Source of the DNA: Trichoplax adhaerens
Lineage: Eukaryota; Animalia; Placozoa
Assembly: GCF_000150275.1 (NCBI RefSeq)
Contig: NW_002060955.1
Location: 1,284,287 to 1,348,286, forward strand
DNA length: 64,000 bases
Reading direction: 5' to 3'
Below the pieces are notes generated by a model that saw only the letters and a list, made by a program, of their open reading frames with translations, did not search any database and was not told where the DNA came from. This document shows, in pieces, positions 51,940-63,338 of the stretch (positions are counted from its first letter, which is position 1; the number at the start of each line of letters is the position of its first letter). The translations under genes and the position numbers were made by a program.

Positions 51940-52760
51940 GTTGTAGTTACTTTGGTTTAGAAGCTTTTTCTACTTTCAATCTACTCTGTATCAAGGACTA
52001 GTCTAGTTGGTTTCTTTGGTATTACCCTGGTTTAGAAACTTCTTCCTGCTTTCAATCTAATGAATTTTATCAGTGGGTCTCGCTGACTTTATTTGTTGTT
52101 GCCTTGGTAAAGAAGCTCTTTCTGTTTTTCAATTTATTCTATATTTGGTAATAGTCTGTTTGGGTTTCCTTGCAGTTACCTTAGCATAGAAACTTCTTTT
52201 ACTTTCAATCTACTAAATATCCAGTAGCTCTAGTATAGCTTGTTTGCGATTGCATATAATTGCAAGCCTCCTTCTGCTTTTAATGTAACATATAGCAGGT
52301 AATAGTCCAGATGGGTTTCCTTGGGTTGTCTTGGCTTAGAAGCTTGTGCTTTCAATCTACTGCACTTCTAGCAATTTTAGCTTGGCTTCTTTACGCTCTT
52401 CCTACTTTCAATCTACTAGATTACCTGCACTATAGTAGACTAGTAGGGCTTGTTTGAAGTTGCCTTGGATTAGAAGCCCCTTGCTACCTTTGATCTACTC
52501 TATTTTAAGCAATGCCTGTTTCTTTGCAGATTGACTTGTTTTGAAGCCTCTTTCTGCTTTAAATCGAATGAAAATTTACCTCGCTAGATTTCCTGGAGGT
52601 TGCCTTGGTTCCAGAAGCCTTTTTGCCTTAAATTGACTCTATTCCAACAACGATTTTAGCTGGATTTCCTTGCTTTAGAAGTTTCTTTCAGCTGTCAATC
52701 TACCGAATACTTAGCAATAGTCTAACTTGTCTTCCTGGAGGTTGCCTTGGTTTCAAGAGG
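51940..52760. repeat. ~60-65-bp degenerate tandem array upstream of GNAT copy 1
   Basis: gttgccttgg.ttagaagc...ctttcaatcta unit repeated more than 10 times. Confidence 0.85.
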
Positions 52761-53649
52761 GTAGATGAATCAAGGAGTGTCGAAGCGTTTTAGACTTGCT
52801 ATCAACTAGCAAGCCAGAGACTACTAGTACCAGCCTCTAATGGCGTTATACGAAGAGTCCAAAATACTAGATCAGCCCTCTCTCCCAACGTCCGCGAACA
52901 CCTATCTTTCTAGAGCAGCGCTAGGATTAAAATACGCCAATGAAATAATACAATATTGTTGATGTAGATTCGTTACTATTTAGTACTAGAATGAGGCCAA
53001 TTCCAACCTTTTCCATATGCTATGCATTACTGAACTTCATTCAGCGTTGTAGAGGTCCATAGTCCATTATATTTTACTGCATGAATATTCAGCGACGATG
53101 ATATAGCCATACAGTAACAAAATAAAATAGTGTTCAGTCAGTATAGGGAATGTAAATTAACCAGGATGTCCAGCAGTATCCATCACTATGGTGATGCAGC
53201 ATATTGCACATCTTCATCCATTGTCACACCCACCACTTGCTGGACAAAATAATCAATTTAGCCAATTAACCAATATCATCGTGTAGTGCTTGGATTTTAC
53301 AACCCCTTAGCGTTATATTCTCTCGTACGACACTAGGTCAATCACCCAATAATTTCTAGGCATTACCAGTCTATCATACATAACCCTTAGGTTCGCAATT
53401 GTCGAACTCCAAATCTGAGATATAAAATTAAGCAAATCTCTAATGTGATACGAATAGTAAAAGTAAACTATTTCATCGTCAGCAATTATGAAATTACCTT
53501 ATAAGTATAGTAGACTATTCTACACCTTAATGCTACCGTACTTCAATTACTACTGTAATTAGCTGAAACTACGACACATTGCATGCATACGCATAATACT
53601 TTCATTCATTTTATCACCAAGGTCTTCCGAATGAGTGAAGAGATAGTTC

Positions 53650-53812
53650 TGCCTTTATACTGGCTTTTTTATCGGATGCTTATAATCATGCTCTCATTAC
53701 TTTGTAGCCTGATATATCACAATGAAAGTCATAATGATAGAAAACAGTTGATTTATGAGTACTGCGATTGCTTGATTTTAATTGTTTTTATTCTGCTCAA
53801 CATTGATCAACT
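53650..53812 (-). pseudogene. Remnant copy of the 5' end and leader of the piggyBac-derived gene
   Basis: tagcc...tatcacaatgaaagtc...tgataga.aa.agttga...gattg..tgattttaatt...ttctgctca.cattgatcaa matches 49012-49120; weaker similarity extends into the first codons. Confidence 0.7.
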
Positions 53813-54079
53813 TGTTAAACACGTTTGTTAGTATACACAGGCGATAAAGATATACAGCGTAAAGTATCAGCAAAATCATGGTGATTGATATTCCTTCAGC
53901 TCCTCAGGAATTCTTTAGAAATCCCCCTACTGCATTCCCATACTAAGTATACTACTTTATATCCCAAACAAGATTTTAATTTCATGCTGTTTATATATAG
54001 TATTATCACTACTTACGGCCATAATAGCTTTCCATATATTTTATATTCGTCACATAAAAACGGCGAATTAAAATATAGT

Positions 54080-54946
54080 CTATCCTAGTTCCGTGCATGC
54101 GAATGCAAAAATATTGGGTAATGGAAGTTTGGTCCTAGCGCCAGTATACATTCTTCTACTCTCTTCAATATGCTGTAAATTTAGTCTTTCGGCTAGACAT
54201 ATACCGTCAGAATTAGGCTCAGGGACATCGAAATCAACTTTAGTATCGCTTTCCGAAGGACACAAAGCATAAAGTAAGTTTTCTGCGATTTCGGGTGTCT
54301 CAGCAAATAGTGGTCCTACTCTATAACCATCGACAGCGAGACGAATACCTCCGAGGCCTCTGATAGTGCCATCGTCCTCGATATAAACTAAACATTGATC
54401 AGTTCCTACATGTATCCATGACGCTAAGAAATGTGTCCTTTGACAAAAAGAATGGCGAGCATCATATTCTACTATCTTATCCATTGAGATATCTTTGGCA
54501 TATCGTATATTTTTACAAATTTGGCTTTTTCTTTGTATGATGCCAATGTACCTTCTTACAGCATGAGCAAATTGAAATCCGGATTTCTCGTAATTTTTTT
54601 GCTGAGAAATGACAGCATCCAGTCCAATATAGCATCCCGTTAAATAATCCATGGCGTGTTTAAATATACGTAACCCATAACCTTTGCCTCGATAGTTTTC
54701 CTCAACTATATAGCACCCGATATATCCGTAAGTAGTGTTAGGATACTTGACAGCAGAAATACAGCACATCGGTTTGTCATTCAATAAACCAATAAAGAAA
54801 CCGTTTGGATCCACCAGATGAAACGCAACTGCGTCTTTCAATCCAGGATTCCATTTCTGAAGTTTGGTCATTGTCGATATCCAATTCATATCTTTCGCCG
54901 ACGCTGTCACAATTCGAAAGTCAGAATTTGTGTTATTCGTTTCCAT
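54080..54946 (-). CDS. GNAT N-acetyltransferase, YitH/HolE-like, copy 2 (288 aa, intronless)
   Basis: Same length as copy 1, colinear, and retains all the same motifs. Confidence 0.92.
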   Translation of the reverse strand: METNNTNSDFRIVTASAKDMNWISTMTKLQKWNPGLKDAVAFHLVDPNGFFIGLLNDKPMCCISAVKYPNTTYGYIGCYIVEENYRGKGYGLRIFKHAMDYLTGCYIGLDAVISQQKNYEKSGFQFAHAVRRYIGIIQRKSQICKNIRYAKDISMDKIVEYDARHSFCQRTHFLASWIHVGTDQCLVYIEDDGTIRGLGGIRLAVDGYRVGPLFAETPEIAENLLYALCPSESDTKVDFDVPEPNSDGICLAERLNLQHIEESRRMYTGARTKLPLPNIFAFACTELG

Positions 54947-55054
54947 GTCTATATTTTTACGCCAAGCTCTATTACAACAAGATCAAACCTGATTCTCTTT
55001 AGATGCTTTACTAAGTACAGAATCTAAAAATTATTCAATATAAATAAAAGTGTT

Positions 55055-55880
55055 TGTCGTTGCCTTGCTTTCAATGCTTTTTCTACTTCCAATCTACTGT
55101 GTAGCAAGCGCTAGTCTAGTTGAGTTTCTTTGTTGCTGCCCTGGCTTGCAAACTTCTTCCTGCTTTCAGTCTACCGAATTTATAGGTGGATTTCGCTGAG
55201 TTTTGTTTGCAGTTGCTTTGGTTTAGAAGCTTTCTCCACTTTCAATCTATTCTATATCTAGTAACAGTTGCTTAAGTTTCCTTGCAGATGCCGTAGCATA
55301 AATGCTTCTTTTCGCTTTTAATCTACTGAATAAGTAGCAGGTCAAGTTGGAATTGTTTGCGGCTGTATGCATTAGAAGGCTCCTTCGGCTTTCAATCTAT
55401 TGTATATCCGGTAATAGTCCAGATAAGTTTCTTGAGGTTGTCCTGGCTTGAAAGCTACCGCTTTCAATCTGCTGAACTTTGCAGTAAGTCTTGCTATGCT
55501 TCTTTACTTCCTTCCCACTTTCAATCTACTGCATTTCCTGCAATACAGTAAAGTCGTTAAGCTTGTTTTTGCTTGCCTTGGATTAGAAGCCTCTTGCTAC
55601 CTTTAATCTACTCTATTTTCAGCAATACTGATTTCATTGCGGATTGGTTTGTTTTAAAGGCTCTTGCTACTTTTAAATTAATTAATCTACTAAACATTTA
55701 CCTCAGTAGATTTCCTGAAGATTGCCTTGGTTCTAGAAGCCTCTTTGCTTTTAAGCTACTGTATTCCCAACAATGGATTCACCTGGATTCCTTGCTTTAA
55801 AGGTCTCTTTTAGTTTTCAATCTCCGAATACTCAGTTATAGTCTAGGTTAGCTTCCTGGAGGTTGCCTTGGTTTCGAGAA
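55055..55880. repeat. ~60-65-bp tandem array upstream of GNAT copy 2, paralogous to 51940-52760
   Basis: Same unit and the same unit order, ending cctggaggttgccttggtttc..ga.g.agatgaatc in both copies. Confidence 0.85.
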
Positions 55881-56391
55881 GGCAGATGAATCGAGGAATT
55901 CTAAAGCATTTTAGACTTTCTATCAACTAGCAGCCCAGAGACTGTTAAATCACTATACAGTAAGTCTAGAGGGCCTCCGCCCACAAAAACGTTTAAATGC
56001 CCACTTTGTACCTTGAGCACCTAACTATGAGCTAGCTGTAGAATCTAGTGAGTAGAGTCCAGTAGACATCCAAGTACAGGATCTAAAAATTCATGATTAG
56101 CATGAAAGCTGAGCTACGAGATGAGCATAGTATGAGCATAATATGAGCATAGTATGAGCAATTTTATGAAACTGCCAATAGACCCTCCCAAGGAAAATCT
56201 ATCGCCATGGTGATACAGCATGCTGTACATCTTCGTCACATGTGGGTGTATATGTAGTAAGCATAGCTGTATATAACTCTACAAGATAATTCATTAAATC
56301 AATTAACCAATATCATTCCATCTATTATAAGCTTCAACTCTTATTATCAAGGTCTACTGAGTGAGTGAAGAGAAAAGAAGTGAAAAAGAGT

Positions 56392-58503
56392 ATGGCTTGT
56401 TATTTTAATAAGCAACGCATTCATTGCCTTAAATCCATCACTGCCAATCAATGCTTTAAGGGAAATTTAAACAAGTCTACGGATTCTTTTCAAATGGTTC
56501 TCAACTACATATGAGCAAATTTGTGGAAGAGACGAATAGACAAGATACCATCAATGAGCTCAATTCAGCGGCCAATTCACTTCGAATAAAAAAACATATG
56601 TACGCTATGTTATCACCACAAAGCGCAAAGGATGGCTTTCGAGATTTGGATGATAAATTATTATTAGCTGATTGCTTGGACTACGAAAACGATATCAAGC
56701 AAGATCAAGGTGATCATATTGCCGCTCAACAATGCTATGAACTAGTGATGCAATTAAGAATGAAAGTAGCAGATGAAGATAGCCAAGTCATGGCTTAATC
56801 TTATCTCAAAATGAGTGTTGTATTGGTTTACAATGGAGATTTAGATCGTGCTATAATCAATTTAAAAAAGTATATCGAAATTGAATTACGACAGAATGAA
56901 AGTGGCCAATAATATTGTTGTAGCGAGATGCTATCATAACCTTGGTAAGCAATATTCGTTAAAGGAAAACTTTGAAGAATCGTTGCAAGCCTTTAAGAAA
57001 TTGTTAGAAATATATATTCCTTTGCGCGGAGAAAGGCCTTTGAGTGCCGCTGCTAAAATAAACTACAATGGAAGCGCTTATAACGGATTAAATCGATACG
57101 ATGAAGCCATTGCTGTCTAGAAGCAAGCTTTAGACACACAAGTTGAAACATTGGGAAAATATTACGATGATGTTGCGTGTAGTTACAGCGATATAAGCGA
57201 TGCACATGAATTTATCGGCAAATATGATCAGGCACAAGAAGCGATGCAACTGCGACTCAGGATAGAAAAACAAGATTATGGTCATGCCAACGCCACCGTA
57301 GCTAATGCTTTGAATAATATGGGTGTATGTTATAATAAGCAATTTAAATTCCAAGATGCAAAGAAAAATCTGATACGAGCTACTAGAATGCAAGGAGTAT
57401 ATGGTAATATTTCAGATGTAGCTTAGCACAATAAATCTAGTTGATTCTGAGATTGCATTGGATCGATATGAAGCTGCGGAAAATGTGCTATTCAAGTGCT
57501 TAAGTATCCGTATGCGAACACGAGGCGGAGATAGTTCTAGCTATGCAGATCTAAAACACAAGTTTACTAAAGTTTACGCCTATATGGATAAAAATAGTAA
57601 TAAAATTGACAATGCCTTGGATGTAGAGAAGAACTATTAAACACTTGAAAGAATTGCATGTGGCGAAGATCAAAATGTTACCGATGCTTACGATTATTAT
57701 GATAGTCTACTTTGTAGGAAAGGATTATACGATCTAGCACAATCTCAATTTACGATAGTAATGATAATTTACAGACTATATATGAGCATCTAACGCTATC
57801 GGCTTCCAAACATATAATCATTTTGGCGCACTATATTATGCAATTGGTAAATCGAATGAATGCGTCGATATGTTTATCAAGTCTTACCAATTTCAGCTAT
57901 ACAAACTAGGCCAATGTCATTTACTTGTGGCTGCTGCTCAATTCACTTTAGCCTTTGTCTATATGTTGAGGCAGGAATTTGAAAACGCCTTGAGTGAATT
58001 TTATAAATTGTCGATGGTATGCATGATTGTCTTAGAAGAGCAAAGTTTATTAGCAGTTGCATGCTACAGCAATATCGGATATCTATATCAGCAACTAGGA
58101 CTAGAAGGCAAAGCGATAGAAGCATTTGAGAAGGCTGCTGCAATTGAAAAACAATTATTAGGAGATGATCTATATCCTATACCATATTATCTAATACAAT
58201 TAAATGAAAAATAATGGCTCAAATCCAGTATCTACCGAAATGTATGAGACTATCATCTGGATTTTAATAAAGTGGCTAGAAGATCGAAATACTCAGGAAG
58301 GCAAAGATAATGCAATTACATATCAAAATATAGCTTATTACCGAATATTAGCATCAGAATATTGCGAAGTAGAAAGGATGTATAAGGAATATTATCTAAT
58401 AATATTGAAGCTTGAAGCAATGAAATCTAATAAGAGAAATAGCAAAAATTCTGCGCAAGTCGATAAAGGAAATTGTGAATGGAATAGGTCTGCCACATGT
58501 TAA
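56392..58503 (+). pseudogene. Disrupted TPR-repeat gene (kinesin light chain/nephrocystin-3-type 42-aa TPRs)
   Basis: Consecutive plus-strand fragments with TPR patterns (VARCYHNLG..Y....NFEESLQAF; VANALNNMGVCY; VACYSNIGYLYQQLG..GKAIEAFEKA) separated by in-frame stops and frameshifts rather than introns. Confidence 0.8.
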
Positions 58504-59970
58504 AGTATAAGCTGTTCATTAGCTTCAAATACAAGATAATCATATAGCTTTTTTGATCCTATTTACGTGTTATAACTTGAAATATCAATATTTTATTTCT
58601 GTTGATATTGTACCCATTAGAGAATTGAATATTGCATTGATATCCACTTATTTTAGCCGATGTAAGCATTCGAATATTTTAAGCATTACTATTTTTGCTA
58701 TAATAGGGTACAGCTGTTAATGTTAAAGTAAGAAAACTTTTGCTTTCCTGCAATACTGTAGAACATGAATTGCAACACAAAAAGAATATTTTATTAAATA
58801 AATTATCAAACTGTCCATTAGTTATATATCCTGATTTATTCTATTAGCTGACATAACTTTCATATCATTTTAAATCGTTTTCTGTAATCTATCTATTGAC
58901 AGTTATTACTCGCAGAATAACGACATTGATTATCACTTCAATCGCATTAAAAGAGTACTAATTGAAAATAAGATGACCGTGTTATTTACCCTATCATGAA
59001 AAGTTAGCACAGTAGCAGCCTAATAAAAGAATTGGGCATTATGGATAAGCATTAAAAATACCAAGCATCATTGCAACTTAGCATTATACTAACTTTACAT
59101 CTAGGTAGCAGAATATTTTGATGTTTATTTTGCATCCTATTAAATTATTAGGAGTGACAGTGGCGTCTATTTGATAACGTCAAATTAACATTTATCTGTA
59201 ATGCTCATTCTATTTCCCTAAGAAAGTGTAAGAACACATAATAATTTTATCAACTAATGAAACGGCTTAATAAACGTTGAATACAAAATGGTTAAATTTA
59301 ACTACATGCACCTAAATTTTTACGACAGTAGCGACAATCGTTTTGCAATAACAATTACTAAATGAGCAATAAAATCGAAAGCATCCCCTTCCATGATATA
59401 CTAACCAATTATGCTAGGAAATTCTATTTGTACAATCTACACTTACTAGATTCAATAACCAGACTCAGTTCATTTACTTTACTCGTAAACTATGATTTGA
59501 TTAACTGCTCCTACTTTCAGAGAATATTACAATGCTTGACATCGGATAGTCCTATTTTCGAATTAGAACTTTTTATGGTTGATTGGGTAGTTGACTCTTT
59601 AATTCTAGTCGGTGCTAGAGAGCTTTACTTCAACTTCTTTGGGGCTCTGAATATTGACGTACTAAAGTTTTATATATTTATTCTAACGGTAGCAAATTAA
59701 ACTATAAAATGCTAGAGTTCTGTATTATAATTTTTTCTTACATGCTTGTTGCAGTTGTCGAAATACAATTTCGATAAAAAGTACGTCATCCCCGTCGATG
59801 TATCCAAATTGATTATAACATTCGATGATGAATCAACTTTCATCGAAGAAATCATCATACACGTAAGTCTAAGTATTACGATATCAAAAGATGGGTTCTA
59901 TGTCGAAAATGGTTAGCCAAGTGAGATTTTCGCAATGACACTACTTTATCACCTAGATTATCTATCCCAA

Positions 59971-60600
59971 ATACTTATGCATTAGCGCTGAATGTTGATG
60001 ATGCCCTCTTAAAGTTTAGACACAAGTATAGCCTCTAATGAAAATCTTGATGCTAATCGTCTTGCTTCAAATTAGTCTTATGGATCTCCACTTTAACGCT
60101 AACTAATCCATAGGAATAATTTGGTGAGGTAATGTTCTAGCAATCCTATCAAGTTACCACATAGAACATCACCAAGGAAAATACTTATGCATTAGCGTTG
60201 AATACTGCCGGTGCCCTCTTAAAGCTTCTGCACGAGTATAATCTCCAATGCAAATCTTGATTTTAATCGTTTTGCTTCAAATTAGTATTATTGATCTCCA
60301 CTTTAACGCTAACTAATCCATAGGAATGATTTGGTGAGGTAATGTTCTAGCAATCCTGTCAAGTTACCACATAGAATATCGCCAAGGAAAATATTTGTGC
60401 ATTAGCGTTGAATACTGCTAATACCCTCTTAAAGCTTCTGCACAAGTATAACCTCCAATGCAAATCTTGATGCTAATCGTCTTGTTTCAAATTATTATTA
60501 TTGATCTCCACTTTAACGCTAACTAATCCATAGGAATGATTTGGTGAAGTAATGTTCTAGTAATCCTATCAAGTTACCACATAGAACATCGCCAAGGAAA
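59971..60600 (-). repeat. Three 210-bp tandem units, each made of the last ~26 codons, the stop codon and ~128 nt of 3'UTR of the minus-strand PAP2 gene
   Basis: ctttaacgctaactaatccataggaat at 60091, 60301 and 60511; the last unit overlaps the real CDS end. Confidence 0.93.
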
Positions 60601-61214
60601 TGTCTTCCAGCTAACGTACGTGACAAAGAGACAATAATAACCCATGCTAATACATAAATTTTATAACCGTTGTGTAGAACTGGATGGTGCAGTAATATAC
60701 ATGCTAAGGCTGTTATTCTACTTGCATGCCCAGATGGAAAAGAATAGTGATCTACCGACGCTAGAACATACATATCGATCTTATTTGCTTCGGGTCTTCG
60801 CCTTTGAAATAACATTTTCAAGCAGACAACAATGATAATATCTAAAACGAAAGCTATGGCAAGATTCAAATTGAAAGATAATGAAACAGGATCATGACGG
60901 TATAACCATAGCGAAAGAGATATCATCATAAACCACAGGATTTCATGGCCGGAATATTCACACCAAAGCAGAAATTTTCTTATCAGACTTCCTGAAAGAA
61001 ATCCAATGTCTTTTCCAGAAGAAATAAACAATTTATTGGATAATTGCTCATCAAGTGAGATGATTGAGCTGACAATTACTCCTAATAGGCTATTGCTTGC
61101 TCCATCTCTAGTGGCAGAGTGGGAACGGTTGGCTGACTTCGATATCGTGGACGGATTCTGTAACTTTACATTGGATTGAGCATTCCCTCGTGTAGATCTG
61201 TTGCTCTTTCTCAT
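60519..61214 (-). CDS. PAP2-family phospholipid phosphatase, PLPP6/PLPP7-like (polyisoprenoid diphosphate phosphatase-like), 231 aa
   Basis: C1 KMLFQRRRP, C2 SFPSGH, C3 SRTLAGRHFLGD; EYSGH and VDHYSFPSGHASR are typical of the PLPP6 group. Confidence 0.9.
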   Translation of the reverse strand: MRKSNRSTRGNAQSNVKLQNPSTISKSANRSHSATRDGASNSLLGVIVSSIISLDEQLSNKLFISSGKDIGFLSGSLIRKFLLWCEYSGHEILWFMMISLSLWLYRHDPVSLSFNLNLAIAFVLDIIIVVCLKMLFQRRRPEANKIDMYVLASVDHYSFPSGHASRITALACILLHHPVLHNGYKIYVLAWVIIVSLSRTLAGRHFLGDVLCGNLIGLLEHYFTKSFLWIS

Positions 61215-62726
61215 GGCAATCTTACAAGCTATTCTTCACTCTATGGACAACTTGATGAAATGCATCAAAAGGAAGATAAATTAGGAATGCTGATTGGTCT
61301 AAGATGGACTTCAAGTAAGCTTTGCAATCGCTGGTATAACGTCAAGAAATAACTTTGTGAAGTATGACAATAAAACGATGAAATATATCTAATTCGCTGT
61401 CTCTAAGCTAGAGTAGGCAAAGGGATTTCCAATCTAGAAAGCTTGTGTTGATACGGCTTCTTATATGACTGGTGTCACAAAACCGCTTTCGTGATCGTTC
61501 CTGAACTAAACTATCTACTCTTCAGGTTCCCGACTAACTCCGGAGATCCTCAGTAAAGGAAAACTAACTTATTCCTATAATATAGAAATGGAGTCCAGCG
61601 ATAAGTTTAGGTTATTAAATATTTTATTAATAACTGTTACAACTTAGTACTAGTGAACTCTAGCGTAGCTTCAGTGGAAATGCGATTAAAAATTAATAAT
61701 CATCAGCAACTGTACTACTAGCCACTTATCACAGTGCATCAAGCTTCGTAACACTGGATATTTAATCCTGCCTCAGCTTGACGGTGATTTCTTTAGCAAG
61801 GAGAAATAAGCACGCAATGATTGCAGTTTGTAGATCAAAGTTTTATTCAATATCCTACAGTAATTTTAATATGGTAGTAATAGTGGAATGTTTACTGCAG
61901 TTTTCGTAGCCAAAATATAACGAGTTGCTAAAAGCAAGAATCTCATTATAAAGACATAAAGATGTTTTATTCTCCTTCAAACTTTACCTTTCTATTCTCG
62001 AACTGCTCACCTTGAAGAAAATATTCAGCCCTCTCGAATCAAATTACGATTTATTTCTCAGATCAGCAATAGATAGCATGCCTCGGAAATGGATAAAGTC
62101 AACGTCAACTTTCTATCCAAAACCAAGATATATGTGTTTAAAGTCGTTACAGCCTGGTAATATAAGAGCAGCTTCTGTGTAGTCTTTACATCCGTTGTTA
62201 TGCATAGAAATGCTTTGGAAACCTTAACTGCCTATAGGCAATTATGTAAATAAGATCTCATGAATTAATTGATTTAGTTTTGAGTATGCGTTGTAGAGGG
62301 TACTGCCATCGAGATCCAATTTGAACGGTCTAGTCCTGGCTGATTTAAGAGTAGAGTAAAAGCTTCAAGGAGATGCTGATTGGAAACCATAATTTCAGGT
62401 TATAGTGAAGAGATTGGCCATGTCCACTTCAAATTAAAGTAGTCCTAAAGTGTAGACTTAGCAAAGTAATAGACTCAGGAAAGCTAGTTAGTCTTTATCC
62501 TATGGTGTACAAGCTATGATATCAACATTGTCTTACTTCAGTGGAGTGATAGGTTGACATTGATAGAGCTTTTGAAGTTGCTGATCAGGGATTAATTTCT
62601 TAGCCAATTTTGATATCATTTTAACATTATTGAACCCCACGTTTACACGTAGATCATTAACAAGTTAAGAAAGCCTTACTGAAATTTTAAACATCGGTAA
62701 AGCAAGCTGTATTGTAATACGCCAAC

Positions 62727-63338
62727 ATGGCGAAAACTCCCTCCGAATCAAAGATGAAGGGAAATAGCCAAAATTCAATCTTTCATCAGATTATTGATTA
62801 TGATCGTCAATTTTCCAAGAAATTATGTATTTGCTCAGAAAGGGATGTTGGATTTTTCACCGGTAGCCATACTAGAAAGGTGTTACTACTGTGGGAATAT
62901 TCTGGGCATGGCGTGCTCTGGCTGCTGGCTGTAACTGCTCTCCTCTATCATTCTTGGCATGATCCAATCATGAAACCATTCTATCAGAATATTATGACTG
63001 CTTGGTGGGTCGATATTTTAGTCATTATTGTCTTGAAGGCAACATTTCGCCGTAGTAGACCAGCTACCAATAGGAATGATATGTACCTAACTGGTTATGT
63101 CGATCGACATTCATTTCCTTCTGGTCATGCTACAAGAGCATCGCTTATGGCTTGTATATTCCTTCAATATTCGTTTATTACTGTCATGAACAAGGTGATG
63201 ATTGTTTTATGGGCACTTTTACTCTCTGTTTCACGTATACTATCAGGAAGACATCATATTAGTGATGTGATCTGTGGAATAATTATTGGAATTTTACAAT
63301 TTTATTTTATAAAAGCTTACGTGTGGTTTATTTCATGA
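62727..63338 (+). CDS. PAP2-family phospholipid phosphatase, PLPP6/PLPP7-like paralogue, 203 aa
   Basis: C1 KATFRRSRP, C2 SFPSGH, C3 SRILSGRHHISD; colinear with the divergent neighbour. Confidence 0.9.
   Translation: MAKTPSESKMKGNSQNSIFHQIIDYDRQFSKKLCICSERDVGFFTGSHTRKVLLLWEYSGHGVLWLLAVTALLYHSWHDPIMKPFYQNIMTAWWVDILVIIVLKATFRRSRPATNRNDMYLTGYVDRHSFPSGHATRASLMACIFLQYSFITVMNKVMIVLWALLLSVSRILSGRHHISDVICGIIIGILQFYFIKAYVWFIS

Noticed and set aside
55357-55800. Plus-strand ORFs within the GNAT upstream array, and other short AT-rich ORFs (e.g. 59362-59700)
   Set aside because: No recognisable domains; lengths are compatible with chance.
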